From NCBI GenBank assembly GCA_964057225.1, contig OZ059895.1, positions 2,542,001 to 2,606,000 on the forward strand: a stretch of 64,000 nucleotides of DNA. The letters are read 5' to 3'. Below are positions 10,700 to 25,020 of this stretch, piece after piece. Made by a program: the position numbers and the translations under genes. Numbering within the stretch: the first letter of the stretch is position 1; each line of letters starts with the position of its first letter. The stretch is from Auanema rhodensis (Eukaryota; Animalia; Nematoda). Under the pieces are notes generated by a model that did not search any database, had not been told where the DNA came from, and saw only the letters and a program-made list of their open reading frames with translations.

Positions 10700-13600
10700 G
10701 CGTTAGCTTAAAAATGCACCGAGATATCAACTGATATAAGTTCACACTTATATCCTCGATTTTCACCCTGAAGAATTAATTTTTTCGTTGAATAACATCG
10801 TCCATCGTCTTCGCCTTGAAAAAAAGAATCTAGAAACATCTACTTTTTGCTAAATTATTTTGAAATTTTTCGAAAAAATTTTCGTCAAAATGTTTTTGGA
10901 AGCAATGTTGAGTGTACATGGAAACTCAACATACACTTATGCATCATTTTTCGAACAATCATAACTAATTTTTGTATTAAGCGTTGCTCAATGTAGTATA
11001 GTGCATTCGATGCGGATTTTTAAGCTGGGTCGATCTGTGTTATCAGATTTGCGTTAGCTTAAAAATGCACCGAGATATCAACTGATATAAGTTCACACTT
11101 ATATCCTCGATTTTCACCCTGAAGAATTAATTTTTTCGTTGAATAACATTGTCCATCGTCTTCGCCTTGAAAAAAAGAATCTAAAAACTTCTACTTTTTG
11201 CTAAATTATTTTGAAATTTTTCGAAAAAATTTTTGTCAAAATGTTTTTGGAAGCAATGTTGAGTGTACATGGAAACTCAACATACACTTATGCATCATTT
11301 TTCGAACAATCATAACTAATTTTTGTATTAAGCGTTTCTCAATGTAGTATAGTGCATTCGATGCGGATTTTTAAGCTGGGTCGATCTGTGTTATCAGATT
11401 TGCGCTAGCTTAAAAATGCACCGAGATATCAACTGATATAAGTTCACACTTATATCCTCGATTTTCACCCTGAAGAATTAATTTTTTTGTTGAATAACAT
11501 TGTCCATCGTCTTCGCCTTAAAAAAAAGAATCTAAAAACATCTACTTTTTGCTAAATTATTTTGAAATTTTTCGAAAAAATTTTTGTCAAAATGTTTTTG
11601 GAAGCAATGTTGAGTGTACATGGAAACTCAACATACACTAATGCATCATTTTTCAAACAATCATAACTAATTTTTGTATTAAGCGTTGCTCAATGTAGTA
11701 TAGTGCATTCGATGCGGATTTTTAAGCTGGGTCGATCTGTGTTATCAGATTTGCGCTAGCTTAAAAATGCACCGAGATATCAACTGATATAAGTTCACAC
11801 TTATATCCTCGATTTTCACCCTGAAGAATTAATTTTTTCGTTGAATAACATTGTCCATCGTCTTCGCCTTGAAAAAAAGAATCTAAAAACATCTACTTTT
11901 TGCTAAATTATTTTGAAATTTTTCGAAAAAATTTTTGTCAAAATGTTTTTGGAAGCAATGTTGAGTGTACATGGAAACTCAACATACACTAATGCATCAT
12001 TTTTCAAACAATCATAACTAATTTTTGTATTAAGCGTTTCTCAATGTAGTATAGTGCATTCGATGCGGATTTTTAAGCTGCGTCGATTTGTGTTATCAGA
12101 TTTGCGCTAGCTTAAAAATGCACCGAGATATCAACTGATATAAGTTCACACTTATATCCTCGATTTTCACCCTGAAGAATTAATTTTTTCGTTGAATAAC
12201 ATTGTCCATCGTCTTCGCCTTGAAAAAAAGAATCTAAAAACAACTACTTTTTGCTAAATTATTTTGAAATTTTTCGAAAAAATTTTTGTCAAAATGTTTT
12301 TGGAAGCAATGTTGAGTGTACATGGAAACTCAACATACACTAATGCATCATTTTTCAAACGATCATAACTAATTTTTGTATTAAGCGTTTCTCAATGTAG
12401 TATAGTGCATTCGATGCGGATTTTTAAGCTGCGTCGATTTGTGTTATCAGATTTGCGTTAGCTTAAAAATGCACCGAGATATCAACTGATATAAGTTCAC
12501 ACTTATATCCTCGATTTTCACCCTGAAGAATTAATTTTTTCGTTGAATAACATCGTCCATCGTCTTCGCCTTGAAAAAAAGAATCTAGAAACATCTACTT
12601 TTTGCTAAATTATTTTGAAATTTTTCGAAAAAATTTTCGTCAAAATGTTTTTGGAAGCAATGTTGAGTGTACATGGAAACTCAACATACACTTATGCATC
12701 ATTTTTCGAACAATCATAACTAATTTTTGTATTAAGCGTTGCTCAATGTAGTATAGTGCATTCGATGCGGATTTTTAAGCTGGGTCGATCTGTGTTATCA
12801 GATTTGCGTTAGCTTAAAAATGCACCGAGATATCAACTGATATAAGTTCACACTTATATCCTCGATTTTCACCCTGAAGAATTAATTTTTTCGTTGAATA
12901 ACATTGTCCATCGTCTTCGCCTTGAAAAAAAGAATCTAAAAACTTCTACTTTTTGCTAAATTATTTTGAAATTTTTCGAAAAAATTTTTGTCAAAATGTT
13001 TTTGGAAGCAATGTTGAGTGTACATGGAAACTCAACATACACTTATGCATCATTTTTCGAACAATCATAACTAATTTTTGTATTAAGCGTTTCTCAATGT
13101 AGTATAGTGCATTCGATGCGGATTTTTAAGCTGGGTCGATCTGTGTTATCAGATTTGCGCTAGCTTAAAAATGCACCGAGATATCAACTGATATAAGTTC
13201 ACACTTATATCCTCGATTTTCACCCTGAAGAATTAATTTTTTTGTTGAATAACATTGTCCATCGTCTTCGCCTTAAAAAAAAGAATCTAAAAACATCTAC
13301 TTTTTGCTAAATTATTTTGAAATTTTTCGAAAAAATTTTTGTCAAAATGTTTTTGGAAGCAATGTTGAGTGTACATGGAAACTCAACATACACTAATGCA
13401 TCATTTTTCAAACAATCATAACTAATTTTTGTATTAAGCGTTTCTCAATGTAGTATAGTGCATTCGATGCGGATTTTTAAGCTGCGTCGATTTGTGTTAT
13501 CAGATTTGCGCTAGCTTAAAAATGCACCGAGATATCAACTGATATAAGTTCACACTTATATCCTCGATTTTCACCCTGAAGAATTAATTTTTTCGTTGAA

Positions 13601-16600
13601 TAACATTGTCCATCGTCTTCGCCTTGAAAAAAAGAATCTAAAAACAACTACTTTTTGCTAAATTATTTTGAAATTTTTCGAAAAAATTTTTGTCAAAATG
13701 TTTTTGGAAGCAATGTTGAGTGTACATGGAAACTCAACATACACTAATGCATCATTTTTCAAACGATCATAACTAATTTTTGTATTAAGCGTTTCTCAAT
13801 GTAGTATAGTGCATTCGATGCGGATTTTTAAGCTGCGTCGATTTGTGTTATCAGATTTGCGTTAGCTTAAAAATGCACCGAGATATCAACTGATATAAGT
13901 TCACACTTATATCCTCGATTTTCACCCTGAAGAATTAATTTTTTCGTTGAATAACATCGTCCATCGTCTTCGCCTTGAAAAAAAGAATCTAGAAACATCT
14001 ACTTTTTGCTAAATTATTTTGAAATTTTTCGAAAAAATTTTCGTCAAAATGTTTTTGGAAGCAATGTTGAGTGTACATGGAAACTCAACATACACTTATG
14101 CATCATTTTTCGAACAATCATAACTAATTTTTGTATTAAGCGTTGCTCAATGTAGTATAGTGCATTCGATGCGGATTTTTAAGCTGGGTCGATCTGTGTT
14201 ATCAGATTTGCGTTAGCTTAAAAATGCACCGAGATATCAACTGATATAAGTTCACACTTATATCCTCGATTTTCACCCTGAAGAATTAATTTTTTCGTTG
14301 AATAACATTGTCCATCGTCTTCGCCTTGAAAAAAAGAATCTAAAAACTTCTACTTTTTGCTAAATTATTTTGAAATTTTTCGAAAAAATTTTTGTCAAAA
14401 TGTTTTTGGAAGCAATGTTGAGTGTACATGGAAACTCAACATACACTTATGCATCATTTTTCGAACAATCATAACTAATTTTTGTATTAAGCGTTTCTCA
14501 ATGTAGTATAGTGCATTCGATGCGGATTTTTAAGCTGGGTCGATCTGTGTTATCAGATTTGCGCTAGCTTAAAAATGCACCGAGATATCAACTGATATAA
14601 GTTCACACTTATATCCTCGATTTTCACCCTGAAGAATTAATTTTTTTGTTGAATAACATTGTCCATCGTCTTCGCCTTAAAAAAAAGAATCTAAAAACAT
14701 CTACTTTTTGCTAAATTATTTTGAAATTTTTCGAAAAAAATTTTGTCAAAATGTTTTTGGAAGCAATGTTGAGTGTACATGGAAACTCAACATACACTTA
14801 TGCATCATTTTTCGAACAATCATAACTAATTTTTGTATTAAGCGTTGCTCAATGTAGTATAGTGCATTCGATGCGGATTTTTAAGCTGGGTCGATCTGTG
14901 TTATCAGATTTGCGCTAGCTTAAAAATGCACCGAGATACCAACTGATATAAGTTCACACTTATATCCTCGATTTTCACCCTGAAGAATCAATTTTTTGGT
15001 TGAATAACATTGTCCATCGTCTTCGCCTTGAAAAAAGAAATCTAAAAACATCTACTTTTTGCTAAATTATTTTGAAATTTTTCGAAAAAATTTTTGTCAA
15101 AATGTTTTTGGAAGCAATGTTGAGTGTACATGGAAACTCAACATACACTTATGCATCATTTTTCAAACAATCATAACTAATTTTTGTATTAAGCGTTTCT
15201 CAATGTAGTATAGTGCATTCGATGCGGATTTTTAAGCTGGGTCGATCTGTGTTATCAGATTTGCGCTAGCTTAAAAATGCACCGAGATATCAACTGATAT
15301 AAGTTCACACTTATATCCTCGATTTTCACCCTGAAGAATTAATTTTTTCGTTGAATAACATTGTCCATCGTTTTCGCCTTGAAAAAAGGAATCTAAAAAC
15401 ATCTACTTTTTGCTAAATTATTTTGAAATTTTTCGAAAAAATTTTTGTCAAAATGTTTTTGGAAGCAATGTTGAGTGCACATGGAAACTCAACATACACT
15501 TATGCATCATTTTTCAAACAATCATAACTAATTTTTGTATTAAGCATTTCTCAATGTAGTATAGTGCATTCGATGCGGATTTTTAAGCTGGGTCGATCTG
15601 TGTTATCAGATTTGCGCTAGCTTAAAAATGCACCGAGATATCAACTGATATAAGTTCACACTTATATCCTCGATTTTCACCCTGAAGAATCAATTTTTTC
15701 GTTGAATAACATTGTCCATCGTCTTCGCCTTGAAAAAAGGAATCTAAAAACATCTACTTTTTGCTAAATTATTTTGAAATTTTTCGAAAAAATTTTTGTC
15801 AAATGTTTTTGGAAGCAATGTTGAGTGTACATGGAAACTCAACATACACTTATGCATCATTTTTCGAACAATCATAACTAATTTTTGTATTAAGCGTTGC
15901 TCAATGTAGTATAGTGCATCCGATGCGGATTTTTAAGCTGGGTCGATCTGTGTTATCAGATTTGCGCTAGCTTAAAAATGCACCGAGATATCAACTGATA
16001 TAAGTTCACACTTATATCCTCGATTTTCACCCTGAAGAATCAATTTTTTCGTTGAATAACATTGTCCATCGTCTTCGCCTTGAAAAAAGGAATCTAAAAA
16101 CATTTACTTTTTGCTAAATTATTTTGAAATTTTTCGAAAAAATTTTTGTCAAAATGTTTTTGGAAGCAATGTTGAGTGTACATGGAAACTCAACATACAC
16201 TTATGCATCATTTTTCGAACAATCATAACTAATTTTTGTATTAAGCGTTTCTCAATGTAGTATAGTGCATCCGATGCGGATTTTTAAGCTGCGTCGATCT
16301 GTGTTATCAGATTTGCGCTAGCTTAAAAATGCACCGAGATATCAACTGATATAAGTTCACACTTATATCCTCGATTTTCACCCTGAAGAATTAATTTTTT
16401 CGTTGAATAACATTGTCCATCGTCTTCGCCTTGAAAAAAGGAATCTAAAAACATCTACTTTTTGCTAAATTATTTTGAAATTTTTCGAAAAAATTTTTGT
16501 CAAAATGTTTTTGGAAGCAATGTTGAGTGTACATGGAAACTCAACATACACTTATGCATCATTTTTCGAACAATCATAACTAATTTTTGTATTAAGCGTT

Positions 16601-19600
16601 GCTCAATGTAGTATAGTGCATTCGATGCGGATTTTTAAGCTGGGTCGATCTGTGTTATCAGATTTGCGCTAGCTTAAAAATGCACCGAGATATCAACTGA
16701 TATAAGTTCACACTTATATCCTCGATTTTCACCCTGAAGAATCAATTTTTTCGTTGAATAACATTGTCCATCGTCTTCGCCTTAAAAAAAGGAATCTAAA
16801 AACATCTACTTTTTGCTAAATTATTTTGAAATTTTTCGAAAAAATTTTTGTCAAATGTTTTTGGAAGCAATGTTGAGTGTACATGGAAACTCAACATACA
16901 CTTATGCATCATTTTTCGAACAATCATAACTAATTTTTGTATTAAGCGTTGCTCAATGTAGTATAGTGCATCCGATGCGGATTTTTAAGCTGGGTCGATC
17001 TGTGTTATCAGATTTGCGCTAGCTTAAAAATGCACCGAGATATCAACTGATATAAGTTCACACTTATATCCTCGATTTTCACCCTGAAGAATCAATTTTT
17101 TCGTTGAATAACATTGTCCATCGTCTTCGCCTTGAAAAAAGGAATCTAAAAACATTTACTTTTTGCTAAATTATTTTGAAATTTTTCGAAAAAATTTTTG
17201 TCAAAATGTTTTTGGAAGCAATGTTGAGTGTACATGGAAACTCAACATACACTTATGCATCATTTTTCGAACAATCATAACTAATTTTTGTATTAAGCGT
17301 TTCTCAATGTAGTATAGTGCATCCGATGCGGATTTTTAAGCTGCGTCGATCTGTGTTATCAGATTTGCGCTAGCTTAAAAATGCACCGAGATATCAACTG
17401 ATATAAGTTCACACTTATATCCTCGATTTTCACCCTGAAGAATTAATTTTTTCGTTGAATAACATTGTCCATCGTCTTCGCCTTGAAAAAAGGAATCTAA
17501 AAACATCTACTTTTTGCTAAATTATCTTGAAATTTTTCGAAAAAATTTTTGTCAAAATGTTTTTGGAAGCAATGTTGAGTGTACATGGAAACTCAACATA
17601 CACTTATGCATCATTTTTCAAACGATCATAACTAATTTTTGTATTAAGCGTTTCTCAATGTAGTATAGTGCATTCGATGCGGATTTTTAAGCTGCGTCGA
17701 TTTGTGTTATCAGATTTGCGTTAGCTTAAAAATGCACCGAGATATCAACTGATATAAGTTCACACTTATATCCTCGATTTTCACCCTGAAGAATTAATTT
17801 TTTCGTTGAATAACATCGTCCATCGTCTTCGCCTTGAAAAAAAGAATCTAGAAACATCTACTTTTTGCTAAATTATTTTGAAATTTTTCGAAAAAATTTT
17901 CGTCAAAATGTTTTTGGAAGCAATGTTGAGTGTACATGGAAACTCAACATACACTTATGCATCATTTTTCGAACAATCATAACTAATTTTTGTATTAAGC
18001 GTTGCTCAATGTAGTATAGTGCATTCGATGCGGATTTTTAAGCTGGGTCGATCTGTGTTATCAGATTTGCGTTAGCTTAAAAATGCACCGAGATATCAAC
18101 TGATATAAGTTCACACTTATATCCTCGATTTTCACCCTGAAGAATTAATTTTTTCGTTGAATAACATTGTCCATCGTCTTCGCCTTGAAAAAAAGAATCT
18201 AAAAACTTCTACTTTTTGCTAAATTATTTTGAAATTTTTCGAAAAAATTTTTGTCAAAATGTTTTTGGAAGCAATGTTGAGTGTACATGGAAACTCAACA
18301 TACACTAATGCATCATTTTTCAAACGATCATAACTAATTTTTGTATTAAGCGTTTCTCAATGTAGTATAGTGCATTCGATGCGGATTTTTAAGCTGCGTC
18401 GATTTGTGTTATCAGATTTGCGCTAGCTTAAAAATGCACCGAGATATCAACTGATATAAGTTCACACTTATATCCTCGATTTTCACCCTGAAGAATTAAT
18501 TTTTTCGTTGAATAACATTGTCCATCGTCTTTGCCTTGAAAAAAGGAATCTAAAAACATTTACTTTTTGCTAAATTATTTTGAAATTTTTCGAAAAAATT
18601 TTTGTCAAAATGTTTTTGGAAGCAATGTTGAGTGTACATGGAAACTCAACATACACTTATGCATCATTTTTCAAACGATCATAACTAATTTTTGTATTAA
18701 GCGTTTCTCAATGTAGTATAGTGCATTCGATGCGGATTTTTAAGCTGCGTCGATTTGTGTTATCAGATTTGCGTTAGCTTAAAAATGCACCGAGATATCA
18801 ACTGATATAAGTTCACACTTATATCCTCGATTTTCACCCTGAAGAATTAATTTTTTCGTTGAATAACATCGTCCATCGTCTTCGCCTTGAAAAAAAGAAT
18901 CTAGAAACATCTACTTTTTGCTAAATTATTTTGAAATTTTTCGAAAAAATTTTCGTCAAAATGTTTTTGGAAGCAATGTTGAGTGTACATGGAAACTCAA
19001 CATACACTTATGCATCATTTTTCGAACAATCATAACTAATTTTTGTATTAAGCGTTGCTCAATGTAGTATAGTGCATTCGATGCGGATTTTTAAGCTGGG
19101 TCGATCTGTGTTATCAGATTTGCGTTAGCTTAAAAATGCACCGAGATATCAACTGATATAAGTTCACACTTATATCCTCGATTTTCACCCTGAAGAATTA
19201 ATTTTTTCGTTGAATAACATTGTCCATCGTCTTCGCCTTGAAAAAAAGAATCTAAAAACTTCTACTTTTTGCTAAATTATTTTGAAATTTTTCGAAAAAA
19301 TTTTTGTCAAAATGTTTTTGGAAGCAATGTTGAGTGTACATGGAAACTCAACATACACTAATGCATCATTTTTCAAACGATCATAACTAATTTTTGTATT
19401 AAGCGTTTCTCAATGTAGTATAGTGCATTCGATGCGGATTTTTAAGCTGCGTCGATTTGTGTTATCAGATTTGCGCTAGCTTAAAAATGCACCGAGATAT
19501 CAACTGATATAAGTTCACACTTATATCCTCGATTTTCACCCTGAAGAATTAATTTTTTCGTTGAATAACATCGTCCATCGTCTTCGCCTTGAAAAAAAGA

Positions 19601-21050
19601 ATCTAGAAACATCTACTTTTTGCTAAATTATTTTGAAATTTTTCGAAAAAATTTTCGTCAAAATGTTTTTGGAAGCAATGTTGAGTGTACATGGAAACTC
19701 AACATACACTTATGCATCATTTTTCGAACAATCATAACTAATTTTTGTATTAAGCGTTGCTCAATGTAGTATAGTGCATTCGATGCGGATTTTTAAGCTG
19801 GGTCGATCTGTGTTATCAGATTTGCGTTAGCTTAAAAATGCACCGAGATATCAACTGATATAAGTTCACACTTATATCCTCGATTTTCACCCTGAAGAAT
19901 TAATTTTTTCGTTGAATAACATTGTCCATCGTCTTCGCCTTGAAAAAAAGAATCTAAAAACTTCTACTTTTTGCTAAATTATTTTGAAATTTTTCGAAAA
20001 AATTTTTGTCAAAATGTTTTTGGAAGCAATGTTGAGTGTACATGGAAACTCAACATACACTAATGCATCATTTTTCAAACGATCATAACTAATTTTTGTA
20101 TTAAGCGTTTCTCAATGTAGTATAGTGCATTCGATGCGGATTTTTAAGCTGCGTCGATTTGTGTTATCAGATTTGCGCTAGCTTAAAAATGCACCGAGAT
20201 ATCAACTGATATAAGTTCACACTTATATCCTCGATTTTCACCCTGAAGAATTAATTTTTTCGTTGAATAACATTGTCCATCGTCTTTGCCTTGAAAAAAG
20301 GAATCTAAAAACATTTACTTTTTGCTAAATTATTTTGAAATTTTTCGAAAAAATTTTTGTCAAAATGTTTTTGGAAGCAATGTTGAGTGTACATGGAAAC
20401 TCAACATACACTTATGCATCATTTTTCAAACGATCATAACTAATTTTTGTATTAAGCGTTTCTCAATGTAGTATAGTGCATTCGATGCGGATTTTTAAGC
20501 TGCGTCGATTTGTGTTATCAGATTTGCGTTAGCTTAAAAATGCACCGAGATATCAACTGATATAAGTTCACACTTATATCCTCGATTTTCACCCTGAAGA
20601 ATTAATTTTTTCGTTGAATAACATCGTCCATCGTCTTCGCCTTGAAAAAAAGAATCTAGAAACATCTACTTTTTGCTAAATTATTTTGAAATTTTTCGAA
20701 AAAATTTTCGTCAAAATGTTTTTGGAAGCAATGTTGAGTGTACATGGAAACTCAACATACACTTATGCATCATTTTTCGAACAATCATAACTAATTTTTG
20801 TATTAAGCGTTGCTCAATGTAGTATAGTGCATTCGATGCGGATTTTTAAGCTGGGTCGATCTGTGTTATCAGATTTGCGTTAGCTTAAAAATGCACCGAG
20901 ATATCAACTGATATAAGTTCACACTTATATCCTCGATTTTCACCCTGAAGAATTAATTTTTTCGTTGAATAACATTGTCCATCGTCTTCGCCTTGAAAAA
21001 AAGAATCTAAAAACTTCTACTTTTTGCTAAATTATTTTGAAATTTTTCGA
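10700..21050. repeat. Local sub-family block with variable-length (2-5 monomer) repeats
   Basis: The linked haplotype ACATCGTCC / CTAGAAAC / TTTCGTCAA, followed by AAACTTCT in the next monomer, occurs at 10799, 12554, 13958, 17817, 18870, 19572 and 20625. Confidence 0.88.
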
Positions 21051-21499
21051 AAAAATTTTTGTCAAAATGTTTTTGGAAGCAATGTTGAGTGTACATGGAA
21101 ACTCAACATACACTAATGCATCATTTTTCAAACGATCATAACTAATTTTTGTATTAAGCGTTTCTCAATGTAGTATAGTGCATTCGATGCGGATTTTTAA
21201 GCTGCGTCGATTTGTGTTATCAGATTTGCGCTAGCTTAAAAATGCACCGAGATATCAACTGATATAAGTTCACACTTATATCCTCGATTTTCACCCTGAA
21301 GAATTAATTTTTTCGTTGAATAACATTGTCCATCGTCTTTGCCTTGAAAAAAGGAATCTAAAAACATTTACTTTTTGCTAAATTATTTTGAAATTTTTCG
21401 AAAAAATTTTTGTCAAAATGTTTTTGGAAGCAATGTTGAGTGTACATGGAAACTCAACATACACTAATGCATCATTTTCCAAACGATCATAACTAATTT

Positions 21500-24400
21500 T
21501 TGTATTAAGCGTTTCTCAATGTAGTATAGTGCATTCGATGCGGATTTTTAAGCTGCGTCGATTTGTCTTATCAGATTTGCGCTAGCTTAAAAATGCACCG
21601 AGATATCAACTGATATAAGTTCACACTTATATCCTCGATTTTCACCCTGAAGAATTAATTTTTTCGTTGAATAACATTGTCCATCGTCTTCGCCTTGAAA
21701 AAAGGAATCTAAAAACATCTACTTTTTGCTAAATTATTTTGAAATTTTTCGAAAAAATTTTTGTCAAAATGTTTTTGGAAGCAATGTTGAGTGTACATGG
21801 AAACTCAACATACACTTATGCATCATTTTTCGAACAATCATAACTAATTTTTGTATTAAGCGTTTCTCAATGTAGTATAGTGCATTCGATGCGGATTTTT
21901 AAGCTGGGTCGATCTGTGTTATCAGATTTGCGCTAGCTTAAAAATGCACCGAGATATCAACTGATATAAGTTCACACTTATATCCTCGATTTTCACCCTG
22001 AAGAATTAATTTTTTTGTTGAATAACATTGTCCATCGTCTTCGCCTTAAAAAAAAGAATCTAAAAACATCTACTTTTTGCTAAATTATTTTGAAATTTTT
22101 CGAAAAAAATTTTGTCAAAATGTTTTTGGAAGCAATGTTGAGTGTACATGGAAACTCAACATACACTTATGCATCATTTTTCGAACAATCATAACTAATT
22201 TTTGTATTAAGCGTTGCTCAATGTAGTATAGTGCATTCGATGCGGATTTTTAAGCTGGGTCGATCTGTGTTATCAGATTTGCGCTAGCTTAAAAATGCAC
22301 CGAGATACCAACTGATATAAGTTCACACTTATATCCTCGATTTTCACCCTGAAGAATCAATTTTTTCGTTGAATAACATTGTCCATCGTCTTCGCCTTGA
22401 AAAAAGGAATCTAAAAACATCTACTTTTTGCTAAATTATTTTGAAATTTTTCGAAAAAATTTTTGTCAAAATGTTTTTGGAAGCAATGTTGAGTGTACAT
22501 GGAAACTCAACATACACTTATGCATCATTTTTCAAACAATCATAACTAATTTTTGTATTAAGCGTTTCTCAATGTAGTATAGTGCATTCGATGCGGATTT
22601 TTAAGCTGGGTCGATCTGTGTTATCAGATTTGCGCTAGCTTAAAAATGCACCGAGATATCAACTGATATAAGTTCACACTTATATCCTCGATTTTCACCC
22701 TGAAGAATTAATTTTTTCGTTGAATAACATTGTCCATCGTTTTCGCCTTGAAAAAAGGAATCTAAAAACATCTACTTTTTGCTAAATTATTTTGAAATTT
22801 TTCGAAAAAATTTTTGTCAAAATGTTTTTGGAAGCAATGTTGAGTGCACATGGAAACTCAACATACACTTATGCATCATTTTTCAAACAATCATAACTAA
22901 TTTTTGTATTAAGCATTTCTCAATGTAGTATAGTGCATTCGATGCGGATTTTTAAGCTGGGTCGATCTGTGTTATCAGATTTGCGCTAGCTTAAAAATGC
23001 ACCGAGATATCAACTGATATAAGTTCACACTTATATCCTCGATTTTCACCCTGAAGAATCAATTTTTTCGTTGAATAACATTGTCCATCGTCTTCGCCTT
23101 GAAAAAAGGAATCTAAAAACATCTACTTTTTGCTAAATTATTTTGAAATTTTTCGAAAAAATTTTTGTCAAATGTTTTTGGAAGCAATGTTGAGTGTACA
23201 TGGAAACTCAACATACACTTATGCATCATTTTTCGAACAATCATAACTAATTTTTGTATTAAGCGTTTCTCAATGTAGTATAGTGCATTCGATGCGGATT
23301 TTTAAGCTGCGTCGATTTGTCTTATCAGATTTGCGCTAGCTTAAAAATGCACCGAGATATCAACTGATATAAGTTCACACTTATATCCTCGATTTTCACC
23401 CTGAAGAATTAATTTTTTCGTTGAATAACATTGTCCATCGTCTTCGCCTTGAAAAAAGGAATCTAAAAACATCTACTTTTTGCTAAATTATTTTGAAATT
23501 TTTCGAAAAAATTTTTGTCAAAATGTTTTTGGAAGCAATGTTGAGTGTACATGGAAACTCAACATACACTTATGCATCATTTTTCGAACAATCATAACTA
23601 ATTTTTGTATTAAGCGTTTCTCAATGTAGTATAGTGCATTCGATGCGGATTTTTAAGCTGGGTCGATCTGTGTTATCAGATTTGCGCTAGCTTAAAAATG
23701 CACCGAGATATCAACTGATATAAGTTCACACTTATATCCTCGATTTTCACCCTGAAGAATTAATTTTTTTGTTGAATAACATTGTCCATCGTCTTCGCCT
23801 TAAAAAAAAGAATCTAAAAACATCTACTTTTTGCTAAATTATTTTGAAATTTTTCGAAAAAAATTTTGTCAAAATGTTTTTGGAAGCAATGTTGAGTGTA
23901 CATGGAAACTCAACATACACTTATGCATCATTTTTCGAACAATCATAACTAATTTTTGTATTAAGCGTTGCTCAATGTAGTATAGTGCATTCGATGCGGA
24001 TTTTTAAGCTGGGTCGATCTGTGTTATCAGATTTGCGCTAGCTTAAAAATGCACCGAGATACCAACTGATATAAGTTCACACTTATATCCTCGATTTTCA
24101 CCCTGAAGAATCAATTTTTTCGTTGAATAACATTGTCCATCGTCTTCGCCTTGAAAAAAGGAATCTAAAAACATCTACTTTTTGCTAAATTATTTTGAAA
24201 TTTTTCGAAAAAATTTTTGTCAAAATGTTTTTGGAAGCAATGTTGAGTGTACATGGAAACTCAACATACACTTATGCATCATTTTTCAAACAATCATAAC
24301 TAATTTTTGTATTAAGCGTTTCTCAATGTAGTATAGTGCATTCGATGCGGATTTTTAAGCTGGGTCGATCTGTGTTATCAGATTTGCGCTAGCTTAAAAA

Positions 24401-25020
24401 TGCACCGAGATATCAACTGATATAAGTTCACACTTATATCCTCGATTTTCACCCTGAAGAATTAATTTTTTCGTTGAATAACATTGTCCATCGTTTTCGC
24501 CTTGAAAAAAGGAATCTAAAAACATCTACTTTTTGCTAAATTATTTTGAAATTTTTCGAAAAAATTTTTGTCAAAATGTTTTTGGAAGCAATGTTGAGTG
24601 CACATGGAAACTCAACATACACTTATGCATCATTTTTCAAACAATCATAACTAATTTTTGTATTAAGCATTTCTCAATGTAGTATAGTGCATTCGATGCG
24701 GATTTTTAAGCTGGGTCGATCTGTGTTATCAGATTTGCGCTAGCTTAAAAATGCACCGAGATATCAACTGATATAAGTTCACACTTATATCCTCGATTTT
24801 CACCCTGAAGAATCAATTTTTTCGTTGAATAACATTGTCCATCGTCTTCGCCTTGAAAAAAGGAATCTAAAAACATCTACTTTTTGCTAAATTATTTTGA
24901 AATTTTTCGAAAAAATTTTTGTCAAATGTTTTTGGAAGCAATGTTGAGTGTACATGGAAACTCAACATACACTTATGCATCATTTTTCGAACAATCATAA
25001 CTAATTTTTGTATTAAGCGT
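21500..25020. repeat. Tandem duplication of a 5-monomer (1754-bp) block
   Basis: GATACCAAC at 22308/24062, GAGTGCACA at 22847/24601, and the 1-bp deletion at 23170/24924. Boundaries are approximate. Confidence 0.88.
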
